Origin: Tubulanus polymorphus | Lineage: Eukaryota; Animalia; Nemertea | DNA length: 64,000 nucleotides | Reading direction: 5' to 3' | NCBI RefSeq assembly: GCF_964204645.1 | Contig: NC_134029.1 | Span: 6,634,001 to 6,698,000 of the forward strand | Part shown: in pieces, positions 1-11,006 of the stretch | Position numbering within the stretch: the first letter of the stretch is position 1 | Layout of the letters: each line of letters starts with the position of its first letter | Notes under the pieces: generated by a model | What the model was told of the DNA's origin: nothing | Databases searched by the model: none | Seen by the model: only the letters and a program-made list of their open reading frames with translations | Program-made: the position numbers and the translations under genes

Positions 1-741
1 AGATATTCAAGTGCCAAAATTATACACTGTGGACTTATTCATAAGTCATACTAAAATTGGGATTAAACAAGAGCCCCAAGGGACACTACGGCCAGTCAGT
101 CGGCTTTTCATGAATGGCAAATGATGCAATCAGTTATATTTGTCAAAATACACTCCCCACTCAATATCATATACACAGAACTATGTAGGGAAATATATAA
201 ACAGACATGCTACTAAATACATACATGAATACGTTTTGCTGGAATGAATAATGAAACCGATTGATACAGTGCCCGTACAAATCAGAAATTTCATACAATC
301 ACTGGGACTATGGATCCATGGACATCAATCAAGCCCAGTTAGTTTGAATGCTTGTCAATTTCACTATTCAATGCCCCCTGGCGAACAAATGATTAATCAA
401 TTGTCTTGAAACTCACCACAGATCATGTCATGAGCTACAATTTTGCAACTGCTTGTAGATATGAAATATATATGCATACGAATATGTACATGGAAATATC
501 ATTTTATTCTGCTTATTCAATGCCGCCAGGTGATATACAATGACCTTGAAACCCACGAGAACAATAAAATCTGTCATTAGCCACATATTGGCATTGAATA
601 TGATTACAGAATATGCATAGGAACCAATATTATTGAAAAATTGTATATAATTCAATATCTAAGTCATCCTTGTGGAGAGAAAAAGAACTGGGTAAAACAA
701 AATTTTAAAGACAACCCATTGAAGTGTCTTCAAACTAGATT

Positions 742-1086
742 CAGGGGTGGATCCAGCCTACGCTACTACCGCTTGAGCAATACTCCAGCCTGAGGTTTGC
801 CCCTCGATTTTTCAAGGTCATGAAAAATCCCGTTTTACCAGGAAGAAACAAACTCTGGCAGGTGAGCCATTATTGATGAGTCCATTTGACTTAGATAAGG
901 GATATGCCATTTTGAATTGTACTGATATGTAGTAAGTTATATTCCGGATGGATTTGATGCCCCAAATGTGCTCAGATTGTATCTCAGGGCACTAAAAATT
1001 CAAAATTATTATTCATTGGGCTATGATATAGGTGTCCTTCCACAGTTGAACACAGAACTCAAAAACCAGGGCTAGATCCACCACTG
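742..1086. mobile_element. hAT-like non-autonomous element (MITE)
   Basis: Imperfect terminal inverted repeats CAGGGGTGGATCCAGC ... GCTAGATCCACCACTG. No clear TSD. A similar terminus (CAGAGGCGGATCCAG) occurs at about 10252. Confidence 0.55.
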
Positions 1087-1636
1087 TGTTAGGCCTGAGC
1101 GGAACACGGATTAACGGGTTCCGCCCAGACAAAGCCTAATTAGTGCTCATGGTTTTTAATTATATTTATGTTTTGTTTATTGTAAATAGCAACCATTATG
1201 TATAAAAGATACTAACATTTATTATATCACTGTCAAATCTACTAACCGACTCGAAGAATAAACAACGCTCTATATAGTCATACCGATTGCTGTCTCTCGT
1301 GTTTGATCTTGGATTATAATTATTTGTGTTACGTTGTGTATCAAAGTCTTACAACTGGGATTCCATCTATGGATGGACGAACGATGGACACAAAAAGTGA
1401 ACGCGATAGCCTTGCGGAGAGTTGGCTAATAAATCAACTGTTACATATGAAATGTAGATATCAGATCGGTAATAAAAGTGATGTATATACACATGGATAT
1501 TGCCGCAAACACCTGTCGATTTACAACAATCACGACTAATCGGAAATCTATACATCAATCATTATAGTAAAAAACTCTCATTCTTAATCCTATAGGAGCA
1601 TAAAACTCTCCCTCTCTTCCCTACAGTCTACAGCAA

Positions 1637-2641
1637 TTACGTATTGATTATATCCATGCTTCCGTAATAAGCGTTTCTATACAGCCGTCCGAGAGTCGTG
1701 TTCAACTTCTTGATATCCTCCGCCGTGTGGTCTTTATTATAAAACCTAAACCACGTGTGGACGGCGTAATTTTTGCTGAGGTCGTAGAGTTTACCGGTGT
1801 TGTAAATCCACTCGCGTTCCATCCAGTTCGGCCGATGCAACGAACGCGGTTCGACGTGTATGAGATTCGGGTGTTTGGCCGCGAGTTGCGCCGGCAACTG
1901 AACCGAGTGGTACGCCCACTGGTTGTCGTTGAACGTCTTGTAAGACTGGTGCCAGATCTTCAAGAACGACGCGTTCGCCTTCGATATGATGATACCGTTG
2001 CACAAACCGCCGGGCGTCTCGAGTCCCATGGTGGTCGCGTACTTACGTAGCGGGTCGAATGACTTCACGATGACCACGTCTAAATCGGTGTATATACCGC
2101 CGTAGTTCATCACGGCGTCCAGACGCACGATGTCCGACTGGTGTTCGGGAACGTTCACCGGCCGGCCGAATACCGACGTCACCTTCTTGCGGTATTTCAT
2201 CACGATGTTCGGAACCTTTTTCAACGTTTCGTTCCACAGCGGGCCCTGCGGGTATTTCTCGTACCAGAAGAAAATCTTCTCCGGCTTGTTGAATCGCTGC
2301 GCGCTCAAAACGCTGATCATGTGGTGGAAACGCCACGTAAGTTTCGTCGGATGGTACCACGTATAATGCATATGGTTCGGCACTTGAAACTCGGTACTCA
2401 GTTGCAACGACTGCGTCGTCGGCTTCGGTTTGGGCGTCGGTTTGGGCGTCGATTTCGCGATCGCGGGTATGACGATTTTATGCTTTTCGATGATGCTTCG
2501 AAGGTGTTTATTTTCATCTAAAAGCTGGCGAATTCGCGAGTCCGACTTCGTCATCACCGAATGTCCGAACTGGTACACGAGAAGCCCGCACATACAACAT
2601 ATTACCATCAGAAAAAATCCTTTCGCTGCGTTCGTTGCCAT
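1637..2641 (-). CDS. DxD-motif glycosyltransferase, GT32-like (alpha-1,4-GlcNAc/Gal transferase-like), type II Golgi membrane protein
   Basis: 334-aa ORF with an N-terminal hydrophobic anchor, coiled-coil and Pro/Thr/Lys stem (TPKPTPKPKPTT), VPNHMHYTW, and HQSDIVRLDAVMNYGGIYTDLDV carrying the DxD motif. A splice acceptor (TTTCAG) lies 4 nt upstream of the ATG. Confidence 0.9.
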   Translation of the reverse strand: MATNAAKGFFLMVICCMCGLLVYQFGHSVMTKSDSRIRQLLDENKHLRSIIEKHKIVIPAIAKSTPKPTPKPKPTTQSLQLSTEFQVPNHMHYTWYHPTKLTWRFHHMISVLSAQRFNKPEKIFFWYEKYPQGPLWNETLKKVPNIVMKYRKKVTSVFGRPVNVPEHQSDIVRLDAVMNYGGIYTDLDVVIVKSFDPLRKYATTMGLETPGGLCNGIIISKANASFLKIWHQSYKTFNDNQWAYHSVQLPAQLAAKHPNLIHVEPRSLHRPNWMEREWIYNTGKLYDLSKNYAVHTWFRFYNKDHTAEDIKKLNTTLGRLYRNAYYGSMDIINT

Positions 2642-4238
2642 TTTCTGAAACCAAAAATAATATACACATCATTAATGAATCTGATAATGGAAATTTTCAT
2701 GAACTAACTTGGAAGATATGAAAATTTGACAAGGTCTGAAGCCAGTACGAGGCAAATTTAAGTCGTGAATGTTAAGATCTTTATAATCATCGGCAATTTT
2801 GGTTATATGAAATCACTGTCTGGTCACCGGTGACCACATACCAGATGATTTTTGCATGCGTATCTCAGGTCACGAACTCAGGGTTTCAGTCATTCCTCGA
2901 TATAAGGAATTTGAATGGAGAAGATTTCCCATTTCACGTAAAGGTCTGTATTACTTTTATGTCTCAATTACAGTAGACTTCTTCCTAAATTTGTTATCGT
3001 TTATCTGGGTAAACCGTGGTGGTTTTATAAGCAATTCTTTATTTTTGACATGCTATAAACTCGGTTTCTAACAAAAAAATCCTGGTTCCAACTGTATCGA
3101 TTTAGGCAATTGTACAACTTGAGTTTACAAGTTTAATGTACTACTTCTTTTTAGAGTTTTAAAGAGTTCCTGACATTTTGCTCAAATCAAAATTGTTTCA
3201 ACGACCTTAAAAAGTATTTCCCGTTTAGAAGGAGTTTTTTTTAAGTATCAAGGAGTTGTAGGGACCCTGCCTCCAGTCACTTGTGCCACTTCAAGGAGCC
3301 GCTATTTTGTGAATCACATGATTTTCAACGAGACCCTTGCCCTGATTTGCTATCAGTAGCTGCACACTAAAGGCGACTGATAGCGATTTGCTGCCGATCT
3401 TGTCGCTGAATATCTAGGTTGATACTGAGGAGCGTTGCAGGAAAATATTTGCAGGCCGACAAAAGTAGCCACACATAGAGAGTGTTTTATGGTGAGATAC
3501 TAAGCGTAATGTAACAATATGAAACTAGAATTATAGAAATACAATATACGTCCTTGATGAATAATTTCACATGCACTCGATGAAATTCCGTTAAAAGCGA
3601 TAACATCAACTGAAACGAAACGTGGCGTGTTTTTGAAGCGGATCGCGCCTTAAAAGATAATACATATATTTCATCTACATAATCGACCACCGACGACGAG
3701 GAAAGAAAATGAAAATCCCCTACGATATATACCTACAATAATCGTCAATAATAACGACAATGAAGCCATCTGTACAGCTAAACGGTCTTGCAATAGACTT
3801 AATCGACTAATAATTTCATAATTTCAAATTACTTGCATCGGCGGTCTTTAATAGATTTTACAACAATAATCAACAGCTTGCAGCAAGTGAATCCTGCTTT
3901 TGTAGTCGATATATAGATTTTTCAAACAGGAGATACAGGTCCACTTTCGTCCCACTAGAGAAGAGAATTAAGGTAATCATTTCCGATTGTTTAAACACCA
4001 ATAATCAACAGCTGGCAACAAGTGGAATCCTACTTTCATAGAGAACGAGAATTACAGCTACGCTCCAGATGGTTTAAACACCAATAATTAGACAGCTGGC
4101 AACGATGATGAAACGTGTTATCACAATCAGGGGCTGTCCATAAATGACGTCCACAAAAAAAAATTGTGACCCCCATTCCAGCGAAATTGACCAGATTGCG
4201 CTAACCACTTGTTCATCAGACAAACAGGCAGTTCATAA

Positions 4239-4602
4239 AGCCTAGCGCACATCGACACTGCGATCGGAGACAACTAGTTGCTACCGAACGATTACCCCGC
4301 GCACATCGAAATCTAGTTACAACTGGTCAGTTGCAGCAACTGCACGGCGCGTGTCGATCGTCGAAATCCAGAGCGCGCACATCGACGGATATGACTGCGA
4401 TTGAGTAGGCCTACAACCAGTTGCTCAAAAGTAGAACATGGACAACTGGCTGGAACTGGAGATAGATCGACGCTTACCAATCGTAAGCTCGCTCACATCG
4501 ACACATTCAAGCAACTGATCGTATCCAGCCAGTTCCTCTCATGCACCGAAAACTGCCTTGCAACTAGTTGTCTCCAATTGCAGTGTCGATGTGCGCTAGG
4601 CT
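4239..4602. mobile_element. PIF/Harbinger-like MITE
   Basis: About 40-bp TIRs AGCCTAGCGCACATCGACACTGC ... GCAGTGTCGATGTGCGCTAGGCT, flanked by TAA/TTA, with internal CACATCGA subrepeats. Confidence 0.8.
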
Positions 4603-5299
4603 TTAGTCTGGTGCAAAATATTGTTTTTTTTTCATTTGCTTAATCATTTATGATTTACTACACACTCTGGAGTACGGTTTCTTATTATACATTATCTTGA
4701 AAACATATATATGTGAACTATTTCTCTGATGTAATCATCATCCATGTAATCAGGGAGAAGGCCACCTCCCCGGTGTAATGCCCTAAATGATTAGTTCGGG
4801 CTTACAGGATATGTCCACATCCAAACAATCCCGTCCCCCTTGAACCCCGTAAGTATGAGCAGTCGATAGAATTCTCTCGCTAGGGATGAATTTGAACCAT
4901 CAACGATTTACAACGGAGAACTGTCTGCTTATCGATAAGAGAGAGGACTGCAAAAATGTGCACCGAACTTACTGGGGAGGTTAACAAAGAAAATTTTGAA
5001 AGAAAACTTGTTTTCGAGACTTGAAAAAGTGGGGTTTTTTTAAGTTCAATTCACCACATTCAATGCCCGTATTAATCCATGTAAAACTGGTTATATAGAG
5101 ACATTTCTCTAATTTTTGGGTAATATCATAAATACAAGCCGATATATTTTTGACAACACAGACGTATATCTAACTCGTCAAAGAACTGATATGAGGATTC
5201 TATAGGAACAACGAACAATAAGCTGACTCTATTCAGTAAAAAGTCTAACTCAGGTCTCTGGTGCGGTCGTCTACAAGCATACAAGCCGCGTTCAAACTT

Positions 5300-5535
5300 C
5301 CAATATCTCTGAGAGAAAGTGCATCCGTTGATATTTTTAAACGTAATCTTAAGACATACCTTTTTAGCCAAACCTACTCTTAAAACCTACTATGTATTGT
5401 TTTATTATGCATGTATACCTAACTTATGTAATTTTAACAATTTTCTGTATTGTGTTTTATATTGTGAAGCGCAGCGATTATTTCTTAGATCTGCGCTATA
5501 TAAGAAAATATATTATCATTAAATATATATTATTA
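5300..5535 (+). mobile_element. 3' end fragment of an L2/CR1-clade LINE
   Basis: Translates to FKRNLKTYLFS, a typical ORF2 C-terminus, followed by TGTGAAGCGC...GCGCTATATAAG and a degenerate (ATT)n tail. Confidence 0.7.
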
Positions 5536-6752
5536 CCACTAGTTAGAAAATGGTCCAAAACGGAAAATGGCTCCATAAATGGCTCCGTATTTGGAATGGG
5601 CCAGATCAGAATTTGGGTTCACACACACACGCATAGCTAAATTGGCCACAGATATGGTAGTTACCACTGGCCTCGAAAGATGTTACCATGAGTATTTTAC
5701 CCGGAGGTTTATACCTAAATAGTAGATTTATGAGTCGCTGGCTATTATCTTTTCAAAAGATTTTGACGACTGCACTTTATCATATATATCTGGACACATC
5801 AATCTATAATGGCAAATTCTAGGACATTTTCAAAACAATTGAACAGCTACTGTTGAGCAACACACGCAATAGACAGATAGGCCCATTAAGATGGATAATT
5901 TTCCGTTAGCCTTACATATCATTTTTTAGGCAATAGAGAAATTACATGCTATCTGAAAACTATACTAATCAGCTTGATGACGAATATTGGTGATGCGTGC
6001 ATGCATTACAATTGAATTCATACCGAAGATTACGATTTATAACGGACCTGGTACCAGTTTCTGTCCACACACACAGAATTTAGTCCGTTCCAATTTTACC
6101 AGTCAAAAATAGAATGAACAAATTTGGAACGGACTTTTTGCAAGTGTGAACGCTTTGGTCAGGTCCAAATTGGAACTGGTCAAATTAAGACCGGTCTAAA
6201 TAATGTCGTGTGAAAGGGCCTATTGGCACCTAATAATATTAATAATGTGTCATGGAGTAACATATGCTTAAACAATTATTATTTTCCAAAAACTAAGATA
6301 AGCAACTAACTACAATAGCCGAAGCCCACAGCCAAAAACGTTTTTGATTTTATGAAAACTCAAAACCTTAATAATAATTCTAAAAATAGATACCTTCATA
6401 AAAGATACAGGAAAGCGGAGGACCTTCATTATTGCTTTCTATCCTGGTGTAAACCTATAGTCTATAAAGCGCGTTTGTGACTAATTTTTTACTAAATAGA
6501 ATTTTTCTCGTGTTCGCGCGACAAATACCAACACAACTAAATGTTCTCAATTCGCAAAACTGTTCGCTATAGACGTTACAACATAGTCTAGCTATTGCCG
6601 CACCTGCCTTAGATATGAATTGCTCAGTCTCATCAATTTCAAATAACCATCAAGTGCTACAGATGTCAAATCCATGCAGATGTTTTGTTGAACCGTGATG
6701 AAACGGTTCATAATTTTAAATTAGCCAACAGAGTGGATCGATGATGAGTTAA

Positions 6753-7077
6753 ACCATGGACTCTGTCCATGGTTAAACAATGGACTTTCGTTTTATGCTA
6801 GGTTCACACACGCACACGCACACGCACACGCACACGCACACACACACAGGATTTTTCATCGAGGAATTGAGCAACTCACAGTCGAGCACTTACTATTTTG
6901 AAGTGAGTCACGTGTGTGAACGAAAAAGTTGCTCGATTTTCCTCGACACAACTCGACTAGTTGAGAGGAGTCGAGAGAAATCTAACCAATCAACATGCAG
7001 TATTTTCGCGCGCATCTTAATAGTCTTCCTTTCTGGTAAGAGAGGGCAATATATTTGTACGATTTCGAGTCCATGGT
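6753..7077. mobile_element. TTAA-flanked MITE containing a microsatellite
   Basis: TTAA-ACCATGGACTC ... GAGTCCATGGT-TTAA. Confidence 0.6.
6806..6848 (+). repeat. (GCACAC)n/(CA)n microsatellite
   Basis: Read directly from the sequence; it produces the spurious HTHTHT ORF. Confidence 0.95.
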
Positions 7078-8019
7078 TTAACGAACAGTGAATTCGTCAC
7101 TTTGTTGACTGACAAGCCAACTGTAATTTCTAAAACTGTAATGGTTAATTTCGGTTTCCAAAGACAAGAGTGAATGAACAAGCTCAATTGCGGGGTAAAA
7201 CCACAATATGACGAACGAACAACAATCAGAAAAGAATTCACATTTCGACATAATAGATCAGGGACGTCTCACAAGGATCTTTCGAAAGGGAGGTCAGAAT
7301 TAATACGGAACTATACGCCATACTTTGCACCATATCAGCCGAATGCTGAAAGCAAACAAGCATGTACTTGAAACGAGAATTTCTAAAATGATTATAATTT
7401 TTGAAATTCGAAGGTTTAGAGGGGTGTTTTCGGGACCTTTTTAACACGTTCGCTGCCGGCTACGAATTTATTCGCACTTCCGTTTTTTTTTCATCAGTTC
7501 CGCTACAAATATATTCGTAGCCGATGTATCAATCATCAGACCTACCGGTAGGCCCTATACATTATATCGTAACAGTTCTTACAGCGTAAAAACTAGGCCT
7601 AGAGCCAGGCAGGAAGAGGATAGTGGTAGGTTAAACAGTACTTATCAAATAGCCCACAACGTTATAGAATTTAGATTTTCATATTGCTAAGTTTCTAAGC
7701 ATATGGGCTTGCTGACATTTGGTGATTAGAGACTAGTACGGTCTGGTGTTACAGCTGAGGGATATGATGAATCTTTTAATGAAGTAACATGACCTATCGA
7801 AGAGATATGAAGTCATGCTTTTGTATTGTAAACCAGGAAATGAATGAATAATACATTGCGCAACGGGAAACGATTAAAAATGGAATCGAAATTCACGATT
7901 CTACGAAGTAGCGAACTCTACAAATCAGCCCATGAATATGAAGTTTTTAATCTTTGCTATCCCAGGTACCGATCTAAGCTAGTTGTCAAATAAACACTAT
8001 AATCCGTGTAAACTGTAGA

Positions 8020-8172
8020 TAAATGAAGAAATCCCACACTTCGAATTTAAAATTATACGATCAAATTTTCCACCTGATGATGGCTGTTACTCAACAACCG
8101 AAACGTTGTGGTTTCGTAATAATAAATTTGATCGTATAATTTCAAATTCGAAGTGTGGGATTTCTTCATTTA
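8020..8172. repeat. 49-bp inverted repeat flanking the hammerhead (probable Penelope pseudo-LTR remnant)
   Basis: 8020-8068 and 8124-8172 are reverse complements with one mismatch. Confidence 0.9.
8070..8111 (+). ncRNA. Minimal type-I hammerhead ribozyme motif (Penelope-like retroelement type)
   Basis: CCAC-CTGATGA-T-GGCTGTT-ACTC-AACAACC-GAAA-C-GTT-GTGG: intact CUGAUGA/GAAA core, stem I CCAC/GTGG, stem II GGCTGTT/AACAACC, palindromic ACGT stem III and a GUU cleavage triplet. AATAAA follows downstream. Confidence 0.8.
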
Positions 8173-9281
8173 CCGATCTAAGCACTTGTGCGATAGCCCG
8201 CGACAAGTATACTCTCATCAGGTCAAGTAGGTCATCATTATCACTTGTCCCCCGGGCTAGTGCAATTTCATGCCACAAAGCTTTTTTTCCCACTCGATAC
8301 AACGGATGATAGTGCCCCCAATTTATATAGACTGCCAATGTAGGGCAAGTAGCTTTTGGAGGGGGCAAGCAAAATTTCAGATATGCTGGCCCCCCCGGGC
8401 AAGTGGCTTTCATTGCTCAGATCTAACTCTGCTATCCTAATGTGGTTGGTGTCAGGTCAAAACGTCCTCGCAGACCCGGTCAAATCGTCCTCATTCTTGG
8501 TATTTCGTCGCGCGAAAACACGCAGTATAGTCCAAGCCAACGTTTACTACCAATAGAACAAGGAAACACTATAACCGACACAAAATTTCAAAATCAAGCC
8601 TTCCTAATGTGTTTGATATTCAGACTAATTAGTTTAGAAAATTTTGAAAAATCCTCGAAAAAATGGTGGAATTTGAAAGCGTTTGAGCAATGGTTTCAGT
8701 ACAAATTATGACAGCCTACTGAGTCATAGTGCCGCAGCAAGGATTTTAATGGTACCCCCACAATTGATTTGCCGAAACTTAGCAGGTCATCTATCAAACA
8801 TTAGTCATTATGATTTACAATCCGTCATAGTACTGGTTTTGGGAATTTTTTGACACAGATTGGGAAAAATTCAGATAATTTTGATTGGGAAAATGACCGT
8901 TTACTGGACTCATATAGGCCAATGGCCTTGCGGAATGCCTGTAGCCTACCCGAACGAAAAATAGGGCTCATAACAAATATCTTCACTGAGAACCTTAGTG
9001 CCAGTGGCATCGCTATCGCGACGCGAGCTCTTTAGTACACGCAGTATACGGAGTTCCGCGCTACTGTTAGTTCTGATTCTGAGGCAGCAAAGCAACAATC
9101 TGAGTCAAGCACTGCCAACACCTGCTGAACTGCTGGGATGATACATGTGTTGTGAAAAGACATTAAGGGGTGACTCTTAGCCACCCTATTCACCCCCCAG
9201 CTTCACCCAGTCCTGGCAGCGGTTGTCTCCACGGTCTGTCGCTGAGATCTTAGTGTGACCAATCTGCGGTGCAGACACTAA

Positions 9282-9489
9282 AGCCCCATCACACGAGCAT
9301 TTTTGCACCAGACAAATGATTGCGTTTGAATTGCGACTGGCACTGGAAATGATCCACTTCGCTTTATTTGAGCATTGAGCAGGTTTGCGTGTGAACGCGC
9401 TCTCTAATTAAGCACGGGCCAAATTGTGCCCGAGCCTGTTCAGTGCCAATTTGGCCCCGGCCAAATCCTCCGGCCGTGTGATCGCGGCT
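9282..9489. mobile_element. PIF/Harbinger-like MITE
   Basis: TAA-AGCCCCATCACACG ... CGTGTGATCGCGGCT-TAA, giving a TAA target duplication. Confidence 0.7.
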
Positions 9490-9699
9490 TAAGGTTCTTG
9501 GCAAACCCCCAGCTAGATCTGCCTCGCCTGATAACTAATAAAAAAAAAAATTACCTAATCAGTTACCTAATCGTTGGTGGTAAGCTTTTATAATCGGATG
9601 AGCTTAATACCCAGGCCAATGTGAAAATATCCGATCAAACCAGTCAGGTTACTGACTTTTAGTTGAAATAGACATTAGGCTACTATCTTTTTTTGAAAG

Positions 9700-10100
9700 A
9701 AAGGTCACTCACCGTTTATGGCGTTTACGGCGGTTAGGCAGGCACACTTAGTCTAAGGATAAGGCCGAGAAATCGTCGGCGAGTTGTTGGTAGTTGTAGT
9801 ATAAGTGTAGCCTTTCGTTTTAAGAGCTGGTTTTTCCACCATTAGACAGTATACATACTCTCGGTTCTATCCTCTCGTTGCAGGCCTTTAAACCGGCGGC
9901 GGCGGCGGCTTGTAGGGCTAAACAGCGTCACAAACATAGACCGGTTACACACGTATAATAAACATTTGACGATTTGTATAACAAACCGACCCGGTAGTAT
10001 ACATTCAGAATTCCAACGCTTATTCACCGCACCGACAGTGTATATGTAGCTCTATATAGCACCAGCATGCAGTATAAAAACCTCGTCGTGCATAAACTCG
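9700..10100 (-). promoter_or_regulatory. Putative promoter and non-coding first exon of the glycosyltransferase gene
   Basis: CpG-rich patch including (GGC)n, with a strong minus-strand donor G|GTGAGT at about 9712. It could splice to the acceptor at about 2646, giving an intron of about 7 kb. This link is inference. Confidence 0.4.
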
Positions 10101-11006
10101 CCTCTCTCCATTACACGCACACTGTGTTATAGTTCAGATCAAATTTATCACCATGGAAACTGTTGATGAAACCGGAGCATTCAGACTCAAAAATTACCAG
10201 CAGCATCACTAAAGCCCCGACAACAACATCAGTTATTGACTGAACTACATTCAGAGGCGGATCCAGAATTTAAATTTAGATTCTGCTAATTTCAATTTCT
10301 GACGGTAAATTTCAAATCTTTCCCTTTCTGGAAGGGGGAAAAGACAGAATGCAAGAAGTGGGAATAAAATTTCATTAATTTCATTGATATGGAGGGGGCC
10401 ACCAAGCCTTTTTATGCCCATTTTTTTTCAAAATGGAAGAAAACAGGAAAAAATAAAAATTCCATCATTCCAGTTTTTTTTCACACTCTGCGAATAAAAA
10501 AGGAGTGAAAATAAATCGATTCAAATGATAGGATCAAGAAAGAAAACGAATTTTCACAAATTGCTGGATTGAAGTTCAGATGGATCATAACAAGAAAAAT
10601 TTTTTTGGGGGAACAATGGCAATGAAAAACACAAAGTACTAGAAAATTATCTTTTCAATTTGATGAATTAAGGTAGTGGATCAGTGTACTTTACATGTCA
10701 TTGAAAAGCCTAAATGCAGATGTTGGTTAAACATCCTATAAACCATATGTATTGATAGGCTATCTGTGTAAAATGTATTTTTTCTGTTAAATGCGTACTT
10801 CATCTAAATGTTTCCCTTTTTAGGGCCTATTCATAAAAAAAGATGTTTTCATGTTCATCGCTTTTATATCATGTCAATGTCTGAATAAAGTTTAATCAGA
10901 TTTGAAAACAAAATACATGTACCAAGCAATAACTTCTTAAGATAAATAAGAGATTTATTGAGCAAACATAACTTAACAATGACACAAAAAGCTAGCTAAC
11001 ATAGAA

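Noticed and set aside
1727-2648. Overlapping + strand and alternative-frame ORFs over the glycosyltransferase
   Set aside because: Shadow ORFs caused by GC-rich codon usage; no recognisable motifs.
9040-9280. GC-richer segment considered as a structured ncRNA (RNase P/MRP, ribozyme)
   Set aside because: No diagnostic conserved motifs found; probably a transposon fragment.
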